63,008 bases of DNA from Gekko japonicus. Taxonomy: Eukaryota. Every line of letters begins with the position of its first letter. The stretch's first letter is position 1. Location of the stretch: contig NW_015176458.1 in the NCBI RefSeq assembly GCF_001447785.1, positions 1,612,216 to 1,675,223 of the forward strand, written 5' to 3'. The position numbers were made by a program, and so were the translations under genes. The notes under the pieces are model-generated. The model made no database searches. It saw only the letters and a program-made list of their open reading frames with translations, and was not told where the DNA came from. Shown here in pieces: positions 1-13,045 of the stretch.

Positions 1-1083
1 AGGGTGCTCAAAGTGATTGGTCCAAGGCAATGAGCTTCATGGCAAATGGGGAATTTGAGCTCAGATCTCCCTGTTCTAGTAGGAACGCGTCTATTCTGTA
101 ACGCCCATTTCAAAGGATGTCCCACCATTCAAAAGACATCCAGGTGGTGACTAGAGAATGTGAGTTTTCAATTGCAGGCAACCCAGATTAAACTGTGAGG
201 CATCAGATTATAAACATTCCGGCACCAGGTTAAAATCAATGACATTCATATTGGAATAGGAACAGGGAAACCTAGTTTGAAATCTTCATTACTCATTCAG
301 GGTCCTTGGCCACTCATTCTCAGTCTTATCTATCCCACAATGCTGTTGTGAGGGTAAAACAGAGATCAAATGATATTTTCCATAAAAACCTAATCGAATG
401 TAGGCTGACAGCTGAGTGGATGATTCTTTAGCTACACTGGAAAGCACCAGGAATGGGGTAGAAAAACCTGGGATCTATCCATTGTTGAAAACAACTAGTC
501 GATCCCAAGAGATTTGTTTTAAGATCTGACACCCCCTTCAATGCTATGTTGATAAATTGCCATTATCCCTAGCACCATCAAGCCAGCATCAGATTTAGCT
601 GGTGATGGATTGGCTAAATAGTAGGAACAGGCTATTTTCACACAAAATAGCCCCCCTACTGCTTCTATTTATCTACTGCCCACTTAGCATGATTACAGTT
701 TTCCATTTGCAAGCCTGTTACCTAGTCCATGTACTTTGAGATTCCACTATCAACCAAACAGGTGAATTGCGAGATTTTTAAACCTGTTTATTTGAGAAAG
801 AAACTGTCACAACCAGTTTACACATACCCCTGCTTCAAAGAACCAGGACAGGCTACTATGAGATAAATGGAGATAGTACAAAGCACTAGACAAGAACCTT
901 CAGCAATATATAATTGGGATGAGGTCTCAGGCAATGAATCATTTTTCTATCTGTATGATTTTCTCTTGCCCTTCTGCCAAGGAGCTCAGGGCGGCACATG
1001 TGCTTCTCTGCCCCTTCCCATTTTGTCTGCACACAGCAGCCCTGTAAGGTAGGTTAGACTCAAAATGAGGGACTGGCCCAAGG

Positions 1084-1281
1084 TAGGATTGGCAAGTCCA
1101 GGTTGGGAAATTCATGGAGATTTGGTGTTGGAGCCTGAGGAGGGACTTCAGCAGGGTATAAGGCCATAGAGTCCACCCTGCAAGGCAACTATTTTTCTCC
1201 AGGAGAACTGATTTCTATAGCATGGGGATCAGTTGTGATTCTAGGAGTTATCCAGACCTCACCTGGAGATTGGCAACCCTA
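1084..1281. mobile_element. TAGGGTTGCCA-TIR MITE (hAT-like) inserted in a CORE-SINE-like repeat
   Basis: Ends taggattggca / tggcaacccta. The same family occurs at ~21880-22096, 44877-45508, 45640-45850, 56500-56750 and 58522-58768. Confidence 0.8.
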
Positions 1282-1428
1282 CCTCGAGGTGGTCTGATCA
1301 TGTCTGAGTGGGGATTTCCACTCTGATCCCTGCACTTTGTCACTCTAATCACTACCACACTAGATGTCATGCTTCATGGAATGACAGGTGTATAACTAGC
1401 TTATAAGTGTTACTAGCCAGTATCCTAA

Positions 1429-1568
1429 ACATAAGAACATAAGATAAGCCAATGTTGGATCAGGCCAATGGCCCATCCAGTCCAACACTCTGTCACACAC
1501 TGGCCAAAAATATCGGGTGCCATCAGGAGGTTCACCAGTGGGGCCAGAACTCCAGAAGCCCTCCCACC
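1429..1568 (-). mobile_element. CR1 LINE 3' end
   Basis: acataagaacataag tail followed by ggatcaggccaatggcccatccagtccaacac. Confidence 0.85.
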
Positions 1569-1943
1569 TCAGGCGGAGGAAATTTATCCCCCCTTGTGGG
1601 TCTTCCTCCAACTTAAGTGGCTCTTCCATCACAGGAGCAGCCGTTTAAACTGAAGGAAGTCACCTTAGGTTGGAGAAAGGCTTCAGACTAAGTGGCAGGA
1701 TACAGGCCACACTATCACCTGTGAAATGCTGGAGACCATGAACTCCATGCCCCTTTTTGATGAGGACATGCTTGTTGTCAAATCCCATCTTGAGTCAAAA
1801 CAGCCCTAGAGCATACCTGGGCTTCCATCAACCCAGTATATCAATTTTCTGCCACATTAAGAACCTTGACCTCCCACAATAGGTTTACTTATTCCTTTAA
1901 CAAAAGGCTTGTTTGTTTAAGAGTAGCGTTAAGAAAAAGCTCT

Positions 1944-2687
1944 ACCTGTTGAGAGCTAAAAGAGAGAACCCCACAGGTCACTTCAGAGTGCTTTACTACT
2001 CTTCAGTTATTGCTGAGTCAGAAAGTTGGCGAGAAAAGTATCAATGGTCCCGATCACATGCAGAAGAAACAGCATGAGAGGTACACCTGCCGGGCGGATT
2101 TTAAAGGAGCGATCACACAGGAACATCTGGCAAGCATCCCGCACCCGTCGGCAACCCGTTGCACTCCGCTGAAGGCGCAGAGTTAAAAAATACCTGGGAA
2201 AGTGCAGTATCAAATGGGTTGCGACGGGCCACAGACGGAGTTTCCCATGTGATCACTCCAGCATGCTCTGATTGTGTCACTGATCCCTCAATGAAGCGTG
2301 CCAGAAACACACGGTGAACCACCTGTTGAGAGTTAAAAGACAGAACCCCACAGGTCACTTCAGTGTGCTTTACTACTCTTCAGTTATTGCTGAGTCAGAA
2401 AGGTGGCAAGAAAAGTATCAATCCCGATCACACGCAGAAGAAGCCGCATGAGAGGTACACCTGCTGGGCGGATTTTAAAGGAGCAATGACACGAGAACAT
2501 CTGGCAAGCATCCCGCACCCGTCGGCAACCCGTCGCATTCCGCTGAAGACGCGGAGTTAAAAAATACCTGGGAAAGTGCAGTATCAAATGGGTTGCGACA
2601 GGCCACAGACGGAGTTTCCCATGTGATCACTCCAGTATGCTCTGATTGTGTCACTGATTCCTCAATGAAGCGTACCAGAAACACGTG
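1944..2687. repeat. 377-bp tandem duplication
   Basis: Units start at 1944 and 2321. By eye they differ by ~23 substitutions and a 3-bp indel. Confidence 0.95.
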
Positions 2688-2856
2688 GCAAAGAATAAAC
2701 CCCAATTTACCCGCCGCTGCATCTGATCGTGCAGTGGCGAGTCAAATTACTGTGACACAAATAGGCTTGCTTCCCCCCTCCTGGCATTTTCTGGCACATA
2801 TGACAGGGACCAGTGGTAGTCAATGCATATTTTATGGTTTGTCACACGTGAAGGCC
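2046..2856. mobile_element. Harbinger-like MITE of the same family, left part duplicated
   Basis: Starts ggtcccgatcacatg and shares catctggcaagcatcccgcacccgtcggcaaccc with the 19942-20392 element. Confidence 0.6.
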
Positions 2857-5800
2857 ACACCAGAGATCCAGTGCGATGAGAGGAAAAGGACTATAATTTC
2901 CAGGGAATAACGTTTAAGGGATTTCCCACAATTCCCAGCATAAACTAAAGAAGAAGTGTAGAAGATGAAGAGTACATTTTTATATCTTGCTCTTCTCTAC
3001 CTTCCCTCCCTCTCCCCACAACAGGCACCTTGTGATGTAAGCTGGTCTGAGAGAGTTCTGAGAACTATGACTGGCCCAAGGACATCTAGCAGGGTTCATG
3101 TGGAGGAGGAGGGGGGAATCAAACCCAGTTCTCCAGATTAGAGCCTGCCACTCTTAACCACTACACCATGCTCGTATATTCCAGTGAACTCCCACCATCC
3201 AGGGACTCTCACCAACAGGATGATACTGTTGTCCATATATTGGCAGAGACAGGATGATCAATACTGCATGGGTATTCTCATATGTGTACAGAGTGGGGGA
3301 TGCATGGAACACAAAGGCCTAATTTTGTTAAGGAAAATTCCAACTGCTCCTGTAGCACTATAATGTGCCCCAGAACAGTTTGGGAACTGCTGCAGTGGGA
3401 CTTCACAATCTACGGGTGAAGTCAGGAAACTTGGGGGGGGGATATGCTTTCTACATGTAACGCCACCAACATCCGGCCCCATCCTTGATCTAGGGCAAGG
3501 AAGGGCTGTATTGATGCTTTTTCCCTTCCTTTCTTGCACATAATGCTGTTTCTTTGTGCTCCTTTTAACAGTGATCCAATAGGTACATCGGCCAACTTTT
3601 CAAATCACAATTTATTCACGGATTGCCATCAGTACTCTGGTATATTCAAAAAAGGGGGAGGGGCTTGTGCTTACTAAAAGGGAAAAGGCCTTGAACGACT
3701 ACATCCTGCTGGAGTGGAGGTTAAGTGCATGGCTTGTCTCTGCAGCCTTGCCCGGGTTGCCTCCTGCGGACTCCAAGAGCAAAATATGCATCTGTTGTTG
3801 CATTGCTGCCTGAGAACTGTATTTCAACCCAGTTACTTTGGAGCATGTGCCAGAATCCCACTGACCAATGAAGGCCTCCACCTGCACAGGTGCCAAGCCA
3901 GCACATATGCACACTCTGACCTAGCTGCATTGAAATGATGCATGGCCTGCCCAGTCAAGGCATGATCTAAATAAACTAGTAAATCCCAAACACGTGTCAA
4001 CACAGTGATTATTCGGCCAGCCGCCATGCTGACTGCCACCACCATGCAGATGCAAAACCGAACTATTTATTTTATTTACATTATTTATAGTCCACCTCTC
4101 TCCCTTGAACTCAGGGTGGATTACACAGAGTGGGACGCAATCAATCAGGATGGGACGCAATCAATGAACAATGCAATAGGATTTGCATTGTAGAACCAAC
4201 TAGAAGTCTAAAACCAGAACTGAAGCAAAACATTAGTGTTAACATGATGAAAACATGAAAAACATGATGAAAAAAATTCATAAATGATGAAAAAACGCAT
4301 AGCAGAACCCTCGTTTCAGTGAGCTATACACCCTAGTATAGACTGCAGTCCCTCGCATGCTGTTACTTTTGAACTTTGAGCAAATCATTGAGGCAATCAT
4401 ATGAGAAGCTCAGACTGAAAGGGAAAGCTCAGACTGAAAGGGAACAGGCATTGTGACTAAGGTAACACCTGTTTAGAAAACATCAATCCGTCCCTGTGGG
4501 CCGCATTTTAAGCAGGAGTCTCCACACATTTTTTTAAAACTAAGTTCTTCCATTTGAGGATTTAGCATTTCCTTCCTCATCTGAATGATTTCCTTTTGAC
4601 TGGTCACTCAACACACACACTGTCCAAGATTCAAACGGTTAGCAGATATAATTTGTTAAATGAGCGCATTCTTTTCTTTTTTTTAAGAGAGAATTTCTAA
4701 ACCATAGATACAAAAGAGAATGTCAAGTGAAGAAAGAAAAGAAAGGCCCGACCTGCTGAATGACTGTCAAGTGTTTTACATGTCTGTGCAATGCGGGTAA
4801 GCAAGCTCAGTGGCTCCCGGTGCCAATGGCTGCCCTGGCGACGTCAAACGAGCATACAAATGGGAGCAGAAATCTTGGCCAGTTAAGCCCTTTGGAATAG
4901 GAATCCTGCTGTGTTGCCACAGGGTGACTGAAAGTTATGCGCTCCGAGATGCACTTTGTTCTCCTAGCTAGCAAAAGTATGCAGGTTACATAACCAGGCC
5001 AAGGCTAAAATGCATGAGAGGGGCACGGAAACAGATTCCTTGGTTGTCTTGAAGGCTCCACAATGTCAGAATGTGAGTTAACAAGTGCTCATTGTAATTG
5101 TCACCATTCACTCTTCTAAACGCTTCTGAGGCAGAGTATAAGGCCTAGTCTACACATCACAACCACTAACTCTAGCTTTTGCTGGGCATTGCCCTCAAAT
5201 CTCCAGGAACTTCCCAAGCTGGAGTTGGCAAAACTTCTACAGAGATCGTTTTCCCTGAAGGAAATGGCAGCTTCAGGGTGAGCAGGCTAAATCAATGGCA
5301 TCACATTCCCCTCTTCAAACTAAGCCCTCCTCAGGTACCACTCCCTCACCTCCAGGAATTTACCAAGCCGGATTAGGCAAGCTTAACATTCGGGATTTAA
5401 CAACGGCAAACAATGCCTTCTGTTTTCTGGGCCAGCCTCCTTTCCTTTCCGTTGTTGCTTGCCATGGCAGGGAAGAGATTCAGTGCAAGGTTGGATCCTA
5501 TCAACTTTTCCAGAAAGAGGAGGGTTCATCTTACCCAGTTGTCCTCTTCCTTGTAGCCCTGTTCTGTGTGGCTTTTTGTCCACAGTCCCCAACATATTCT
5601 TTTTGGTGGTCAAAAGAAACCACTTGTCACGCTTAAACCAATGGAACAAGTAAAAAGATCTAAACTCAAAGTTTGAAGTTCCAAATTTTTATCTCAATAC
5701 AAAATCAGCTCCAGAGAGCTCAATACAAAATCAGCAGTAATAGAAAAAAGTTATTGGGACTCAATCAGCCGTTTGTGTATCCTGCAATTCAAACTCATGA

Positions 5801-5920
5801 CTCTGCAAACGTCATGGAGTCAGACCTTTAAAGGGCCTTTACCTTGGCTCAGGCTTGGTCATGATAGATAATGGTGATTTCTCTACCAGTTGACCACACA
5901 CTCGATCCATGTCTTGCCAG

Positions 5921-6783
5921 TGGGGGCGTGAAAAAAATGGTATTTTTCAGGTTTGGGTATATTGAATCTCAAAAATATTGGTATTTTCCGATATTACCAA
6001 ATCCCAATAGCAGTATGGTATTCAGATTCAGGATTTTCCAGAAATCTCAAAAAAAATTGGCTCCATTTTATTTTATGGGGGCCATTATAGTCAACGGGGA
6101 ATCGATCTGGGAGTATCTGGGGTTCTGGGAGGCTATTTTTTTTTTTAGGCAGAGGCACCAAATTTGCAGCATTTATTTATTTATTTGATTTGTACCCCGC
6201 CGTCCCCACCAAGGCAGGCTCAGGGCGGCAACCATAAAAATTGCAACAGATAAAACAATATAAATGTCTGCATAAAACACAACATAGTTACTGAAAACAG
6301 TTTGTATGACGATGGCGGTACAGTAGTAGCAGCATACATAATGAACATATAGCTGCTAGTTCCTCTCCTCAACCCCCCCCCCAAAAAAAAAAGTTTCAAA
6401 ATGATTGGACCAGAATTTCCCATTCTGTGGGCCCCCAAAGAAGGTCCTCCCATGCTTCATTGGTTTCAATGAAGGGGGGGAAAGGTGTTTAAAGGGATCG
6501 TGGTCTTTTTTTGTAGCTTAGCTTTCTTTAAATGCCTTCTCCAAGCTTTGAGTTCATCTGCAAGGCATTGAAAGGAACTTAAATCCCTTTGAATGCCCTT
6601 TAAATTCTACTATCTGGCGGTCCCAAAAAACCCAAATATTTTTGGGATTTGGGGGGTTTGGCTATTTCGGATTGCTGAAAAAATACCCAAATCTATATTC
6701 GGCTGAAAGAATAGCCGGAAAATACCAATAAGGTATTTTTCGGCTATTTTTTCAGCTTGGATATAGCCAGATTGTCACCCCTA
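5921..6783. mobile_element. hAT-type MITE (TAGGGGTG-type ends) with a nested LINE 3' tail at ~6171-6335
   Basis: Ends tgggggcgtg / tcaccccta with TSD cttgccag/cttgccaa. The internal insert starts with (attt)n and is flanked by gcagcat. Confidence 0.75.
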
Positions 6784-7303
6784 CTTGCCAACCCCATGAT
6801 AAAGGCCAAGCCCCATCCCATTCACCTCCTAGCTTAGCCAGCTCTAGTTCCTGCCACAATTCATTTTTATCTGATTCTTATAAATAACGAGGTGAACTTG
6901 TTGAAAACCAGCCCCAAACTCAAGACTCATTTCTAATCTTTGTATATTGGTCCTTCACTTAAGATATTTTCTGATGTGTTGCATCCTCAAATTACTCCCC
7001 GTTCTCCAGCCTTCATGAATTCATTTGTTCTGGTAGATGGTGGAGTCAACCTGAGAACTGAATTATGACTATTCCGTCTGTCTCAAAACAGTTAAATAAC
7101 CCGACAGCTTACTCAAATCTTGCTAGTTCAAACAGACTTGGGTTAATTTTCCTCTCTTAAAATAAATTCAGTGTTTCAGTGGTTTGTTTTCTGCTCCCTG
7201 TGCTCGGCGGGCTTTTTTTTTTAATTGGCTTTCTGTTTGTAGAGAGTATGGAGAGAAGGCCAGCATGGTCTAGCCCAATCTCATCAGATCTCAGAAGCTA
7301 AGC

Positions 7304-7587
7304 TACAAGCATGGATGGCTTCAAGAGGGAATTAGATAAACATATGGAGCAGAGGTCCATCAGTGGCTATTAGCCACAAGGTATAGATAGGAACTCTCAG
7401 TCTGGGGCAAGTGATGCTCTGTATTCTTGGTGCTTGGGGGGGACAACAACAGTGGGAGGGCTTCTAGTGTCCTGGCCCCACTGCTGGACCTACTGATGGC
7501 ACCTGGTATTTTTGGCCACTGTGTGACAGAATGTTGGACTGGATGGGCCTTTGGCCTGATCCAGCATTGGCGTCTCTTATGTTCTTA
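7304..7587 (+). mobile_element. CR1 LINE 3' end
   Basis: gttggactggatgggcc...ggcctgatccagca...tcttatgttctta. The same family occurs at 1429-1568 (-), 34372-34530 (+) and 49938-50289 (-). Confidence 0.88.
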
Positions 7588-7706
7588 GGTTCAGCACTTG
7601 GATGGGAGACCACCAAGGAAGACTCTGCAGCAGAAGGCAATGGCAAACCACCTCTCGCTTCCCTTGAAAGCCCCTTGCTGTGGTCACCATAAATTGGCTG
7701 CAGTTC

Positions 7707-8039
7707 AAGAACATAAGAAGAACCCTCCTGGATCAGACCACTGGACCATCTAGTCCAGAATTCTGTCTCACACAGTGGCCAACCAGTTCCTCTAGATTAC
7801 CAACAACAAGACATAGAGGCTGAAGCCTTCCCCTTATGTTGCCTCCTGGCACCGGGTTGAGTGCCTTTGAAGGCAGAGGTTCCCTTAATCACCTTGGGTA
7901 GCATAGCCTCTGACAGACCTATTCTCCATGAATTTGTCTAATTCCCTTTTAAAGCTGTTTATTCCTGAGGCCATCACTACATCCTTTGGCTGCAAATTCC
8001 ACATTTTAATAACATACAGTATAAGGAAGTATTTCCTTT
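7707..8039 (-). mobile_element. CR1 LINE 3' end
   Basis: aagaacataagaag tail, ctggatcagacc...ccatctagtccag and aagtatttccttt. Confidence 0.85.
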
Positions 8040-10535
8040 TGATGGCACTTTATAAATACACACATTACTGGGGAGCAGAATGAAACCAAGCTCTAGGAGA
8101 AATTCCTGCTAGAGGACTGTATAATCCCCATGTGACTTTCCTAGATTTGTAATCTGCTCTCCTAGCTTCCCAGCTGTTTTTCTCCCCAGCTCTCTGGACA
8201 TTTCACAAAGCCCATCAGTCATCCATGAGACCAGTTGGAGGATGCTTGCCACATGTCAATGGAGTTCATTCTGAGAGAGTGTGTTTGCTGCTCTCTTGTG
8301 CACTACTGGGGGGAAATAGCCCACAGCATGCGGACGTGGCCTTCTGACTTACATTGGTTTAGCAGAAGGAGGATTGTTTCAGGAGGTGAAGGAATAAAGA
8401 TCTGTTTGAACAGGAATGTACAAGCCTTCAATTCACAGCAAACTCTTTATCAGGCGGCATCAAAGTTTAACATATGTCAGAAACTTATAAATCATTCTTT
8501 GTAGCTGTGTTATCCCCACAGAAACATGGATGTAAACATCATAGTGAGTTTATTTGCTTAATTAATACATTCATGAACAATAGATGAGAAGCAAGGATTC
8601 ACCCTCTCCAGCTCTTAAGATGCCCCAGGGAAACTGATAATTTATTTATTGACTTTATTTGTACCCCAAATTTCTCCCCAAATGGGCCCCAAAGCACTCT
8701 CCTCCATTTTATCCTCACAACAACCCTGTGAGGTAGGTTAGACTGAGTGCATGTGACTGGTCCAAGGTCACCCAACAAGCTTCCATGGCAGAGTAAGGAT
8801 TCGAACATGGTTCTCCCAAGTTCCTAGTCTGACACTCCAACCCCTACACCACATTGGTTCTCAGAAGTGGATTAAAACTGTGACAGTAATAATATACTGT
8901 TCAGTTCCTGGTAATCAGCTATACTTTGACTGGGGGGAGCCAGGATTATTCAGCTGTGAAGCTCACCTGGTGATAGGCCAATTGTTGTCTCTCAGCCTAA
9001 CCTACCTCAGAGCTGTTTTGAGGAGAAAATGGAGGAAATGAAACTCTTGAATTCCTTGGGGAAAGGATACGATAAAACTGTGGGTGAGGATACAGGTGTA
9101 ATGGCTTCTGGATACCAAGGCTGCATTTAGCTCTCATGGATAATAGCTGTAGATATAGTTGTCCTCCATGAATTTGTTTAACCTTTGTATTCCACCACCC
9201 CAGAGTTCATCAACATTACCCATCAGTACAAATTATAAAACAAAGCAAGGGGAGAAGAGGGTGATGATTGTGTATGTTTTCTCAGAGGTGTCTCACTTAT
9301 GTTTGACTACCAGAAATTGGGTTCTTCTCTCCATTCCAGTACAAGATCTTTCATAAACAGCTGCTTTGACAGCCAGAGAGGGAAATGTATAAAGATTGGG
9401 TTGTTATTTATAAACCAAATCAATCAAAATACTCTTCAGTGCCAAAGAACAGTACACATTTCATAACAGGGGGAAAAGTCACAACTGACATACTTACATG
9501 GAATTATATTCTTCCAAAACAAATGAGACTCGTTCTCAATTAATACTAAATATGTATTTTTGAGAAATAAGAAATCAAGATGACATTTCCAAGGAACGTC
9601 TGGTTAGAGCTGTAAATGAGGAGATGCCCTTACTGGCACAACTAGTCTTTAAAGTCCTGGAAACAAGGACTTCATTAGGACCAATGTGCCATTACAAAGT
9701 TCTTGTGGCTGCTATGAGGACTCCGGATCACTTATGCATTGGGAGTTCTGTCCTTCCCATGCACATGTGGACCCAAGTGGGGCCACTGCACCTAGAGAGA
9801 GCTAACATGCAAGTTTTCCAACAGGAGTCGGTTATGCATTGGGGAAATGGCACAGAAGGGGGAGGCTGAAGCACCTTCTCCGCACATGTCACAGTCCCAA
9901 TCCAAACTGGGTCCCGACATACCTGAGAAACATGAGATCCCTGGTGTGTCTGTGATCCAGAGTCCTTGTGGAAGCCACGAGAACCATGTAATGTGCACAT
10001 CAGCCTGTCGACATGAAATATGGGAAATCCATAAACAAATCTCCTGCTATTTTACCTGTGCGAATCGCCATGGTGGGCAATTCAGTACGGGGCTGCAGCC
10101 TGGGTTGGAGGTTAGCCCTTCCCCCTTGCTTTAGCTCAGTCTCTCCAGTGTTTGCTATCTATGCTGCCAAAAAAGCACAGGGGGCACTTTATATATTCCC
10201 TTGCAAATTCTCCCAGGTGAACAGCGCCTCCGGGGGTGGGGTGGGGGCTGAGTTTGCAAAACAGCATGGGGGCAGGATCTACCCCTTCCCTGCACACTAT
10301 GACTTTGATCTGAATCAAAGAAATGCTCCTTCCCCTGTGGAGTTACTACAAGCAGTTTAAAAACAAACCTGAGATCTGTTCATAGATCTCCCATTAACCC
10401 TTAGCACACATTCTGTCTGTGTGTGATGGGAGGCTGACAATCCCATTTATCAGAAGTGCACCAGTTGCGATACACATGGTCACCATGTTGTCTAAACCTG
10501 GGCACCACACACTTTTTGTATGTGCCTACATGCTT

Positions 10536-10683
10536 GGAGCTGCGGTGGCTCAAGTGGTTAAGACGCTGAACTGCAGGCTGTGGAAGGTCAGTAGTTCAGC
10601 AGTTCGAGACCCAGGGTGCCGCAAGACGGAGTGAGCTCCCGTCTCTAGTTCCAGCTCCTTCCAACCTAGCAGTTCGAAAGCAT
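10536..10683 (+). mobile_element. Sauria SINE 5' half (tRNA-derived head)
   Basis: ggagctgcggtggctcaagtggttaagacgctg (A box), gttcgagacc (B box) and gtgagctcccg...ccaacctagcagttcgaaagcat match the Sauria SINE consensus as I recall it. Confidence 0.85.
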
Positions 10684-11424
10684 TGTTATTGTGTATGTTA
10701 AAAATAATTTTAAAAATTGAATAAAAAAAGAAGTGCACCACTCGCGATACACATGGTCACCATGTTGTCTGAACATGAGCACCACACACTTTTTGTATGT
10801 GCCTACATCCCAGGTATACATTAAACGGCCACCGGATCTTCCAGGGTTCTGCTTCACATATATATGCAAAATATGGGTGGTGCTCCATTCAGACAACATG
10901 GCGACTGTGTAAATCAGGCATGGGTGGACATAGCTACAAGCTGTACAAGTAGAAATTCTTTGTCAGGTTTAGCTGAGCACCACAACAGTAAATGTTTTGC
11001 ACTTACTTGTTTTTTGTTTTATTTACTTCACTAGGAGTAAAGCAATACAATGAGCTCTAGAAAGATGTGATGTGTAACAAATGCATAGGCTGGAAGCAGG
11101 TGAAGTACATAGTAGCGGTGTGTAATAGAAAGATACAAATGTGGAAGTGAAGTCTCACATACCTGGTCAACAATGCTTTCTCTGGAGGGAGCCACTTAAA
11201 GCCAATGCATTCGTTACCCATCACATATTTCTGGAGCTCGGTGTTTTGCTTTTACCACAGGCTTTACTGCTAGTTATAGATAAGGAGAGAGGTTATAGGT
11301 TTTTAAATAGAAAAGATCAGAAGTCTGTCTGTCAAACGACATTTCAGGCCCCATTGGGGGTTTTCCCGCACAATGAGACACAATGACAGCAGGGGAAGGG
11401 CTGAGAAGCTCTTTGCAGAGGAGC

Positions 11425-12257
11425 GTGTGAATTTGGCCACCCCCAGTGAGGAAAGGTATTGATTTCCAAAATGGTATGAGGAACTGTAGCAGCAACTTAT
11501 CCTGCCCTGGCCTGGTCCATTTAGGGTGTGGTAAGGAGGAGGAGAATGGGACCGATCCCCGTGCACCCCGAAGCTCATAAACACAACTGCTGAGAGAAAT
11601 GGTCCTTCCTCTCAGCATTAGCAGAGTGACTTTCTCTGCCATGGCGACTGATCCAGAGCCCTCCCTCCCGGCCCAGATGCCGCAGGCCGGCCCAGCACTG
11701 ACCCCTCCCATTCAAGCCCTCCCTCAGGGACGGGTAATCTTCACCCAGGACTGGCGGGCTATCAACCCAGCGGCGGCCAGAAGGCTGACCATTCCCCTTT
11801 GAGCCCATCACCAGCAGCAGCAGCAGTGCAAAGGTGGGGAGGGAGTGGCAACCGCCACTCTGGCTCTTCTGCTGAGGGAAGGCCAGGTGAGTGAGCGAGT
11901 CCTTCTTGGCCCCGCGGCCCGAGCAACCCGCTACTGCTGGTGCCTCCTGGCCTGGTCTCACCCATTGAGTGAGGAAGTTGACCAAGGCGGCTTCCTCCTC
12001 TCGGGCTTGGTGGGAAAGAGCTGCAGGCTGGTCCCCTTGGAGCCCCAAGGCTGCTCTCGGCTGCCAGCTGCCCTCCCTCAGGCACCGGCATGGTCAGCCT
12101 CAGCCTCCTCACTGTCCACCGTCACCTCCCACCACACTGAGGCTGAGACGCTGCTTTTGTGGGTGGGAGTAACCCAACGCAGCCAGTGGCTAGGGATAGC
12201 TTCCGAGTGGCAGTTCATGCAGCCAACTGATTTTGGCACACATAGAACTCTGCCACA
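11425..12257. mobile_element. GC-rich LTR-like repeat (boundaries uncertain)
   Basis: Abrupt GC-rich block with overlapping low-complexity ORFs and TG/CA candidate ends. I found no matching TSD. Confidence 0.3.
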
Positions 12258-12264
12258 CAAAAAC

Positions 12265-13045
12265 AGGATTATATATAAGGACAGGATAGTCTGCCTTTCT
12301 CACTGAGACTCAATACAGATTACACAGCATCTCAATACAATCAGTAGGGTGAGACATCTAATAAGCAATGTAATAGGACTAGAAATAACAGCAGTCTGAA
12401 ACAAAACATAAAGTATTAGACAATGCAGAAAATGGTACCTAATAAGCATAAATGCAAGCACTGAGAACAGGATAATACAAACTATAATACATACTATACA
12501 CAGTGAACACAGTGAACACATGAAGCTGCCTTATACTGAATCGGACCCTTGGTCCATCAAAGTCAGTATCGTCTACTCATCCCAGCATTGGCTCTCCAGG
12601 GTCTCAGGCCGAGGTCTTTCACATCACCTCCTACCTGATCCCTTTAACTAGGGATGCCGGGAATTGAACCTGGGACTATAAAAGTGGTATAGTTCCTAGT
12701 CCCATTTCTTTTTATACAAGTGCCCTCCTGGACCAGTTTCTTATCATTTATCCCCATTATCTTTATATGAAAAGCCCTCCCGAACAATTTGGTTTCTCAC
12801 GGTTTGCAGAATGGTAGCACTGTGGGAGCCCTCTTGACCTCCCCGGGCAGGCCATTCCACAAGGTAGGGGCCACAATACAGCATGCAGCTGGACAGGCAG
12901 TCAACATTCTTGGCCATTTGAGGGGTGACACCCACAGAAAGCCCAATTCAGATGGAGCTGTAGTGGTGGAGCACAGTCACGAAGGGCTATGTATGTGATG
13001 GCCAGGACCTTGAACCGAAGCGGGATGATGGCAGTCTTGCAGGGA
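12265..13045 (-). mobile_element. L2-like 3' region with a nested Squam2-like SINE (12510-12676)
   Basis: ggcaggccattccacaaggtaggggccac is typical of the L2 3' region on the minus strand. A related tail lies at ~4063-4360. Confidence 0.65.

Larger units (their letters stand above)
7252..8065 (+). mobile_element. 5S-rRNA-derived SINE split by two CR1 3' fragments
   Basis: 5S-like head cccaatctcatcagatctcagaagctaagc, then a CR1 piece, then acttggatgggagaccacc...ggcaatggcaaaccacc...caccataa, then a second CR1 piece, then the tail gatggcacttt. Confidence 0.8.

Noticed and set aside
5535-5660. Minus-strand exon candidate with GTAAG donor
   Set aside because: Weak acceptor and no recognisable peptide.
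10536-10610. tRNA-like A/B boxes (also at ~25520 and ~29170) as tRNA genes
   Set aside because: They are SINE heads followed by SINE bodies, with no intact cloverleaf.
11274-12306. Several overlapping 116-157-aa ORFs on both strands
   Set aside because: GC-rich low-complexity repeat with no protein motif or splice structure.
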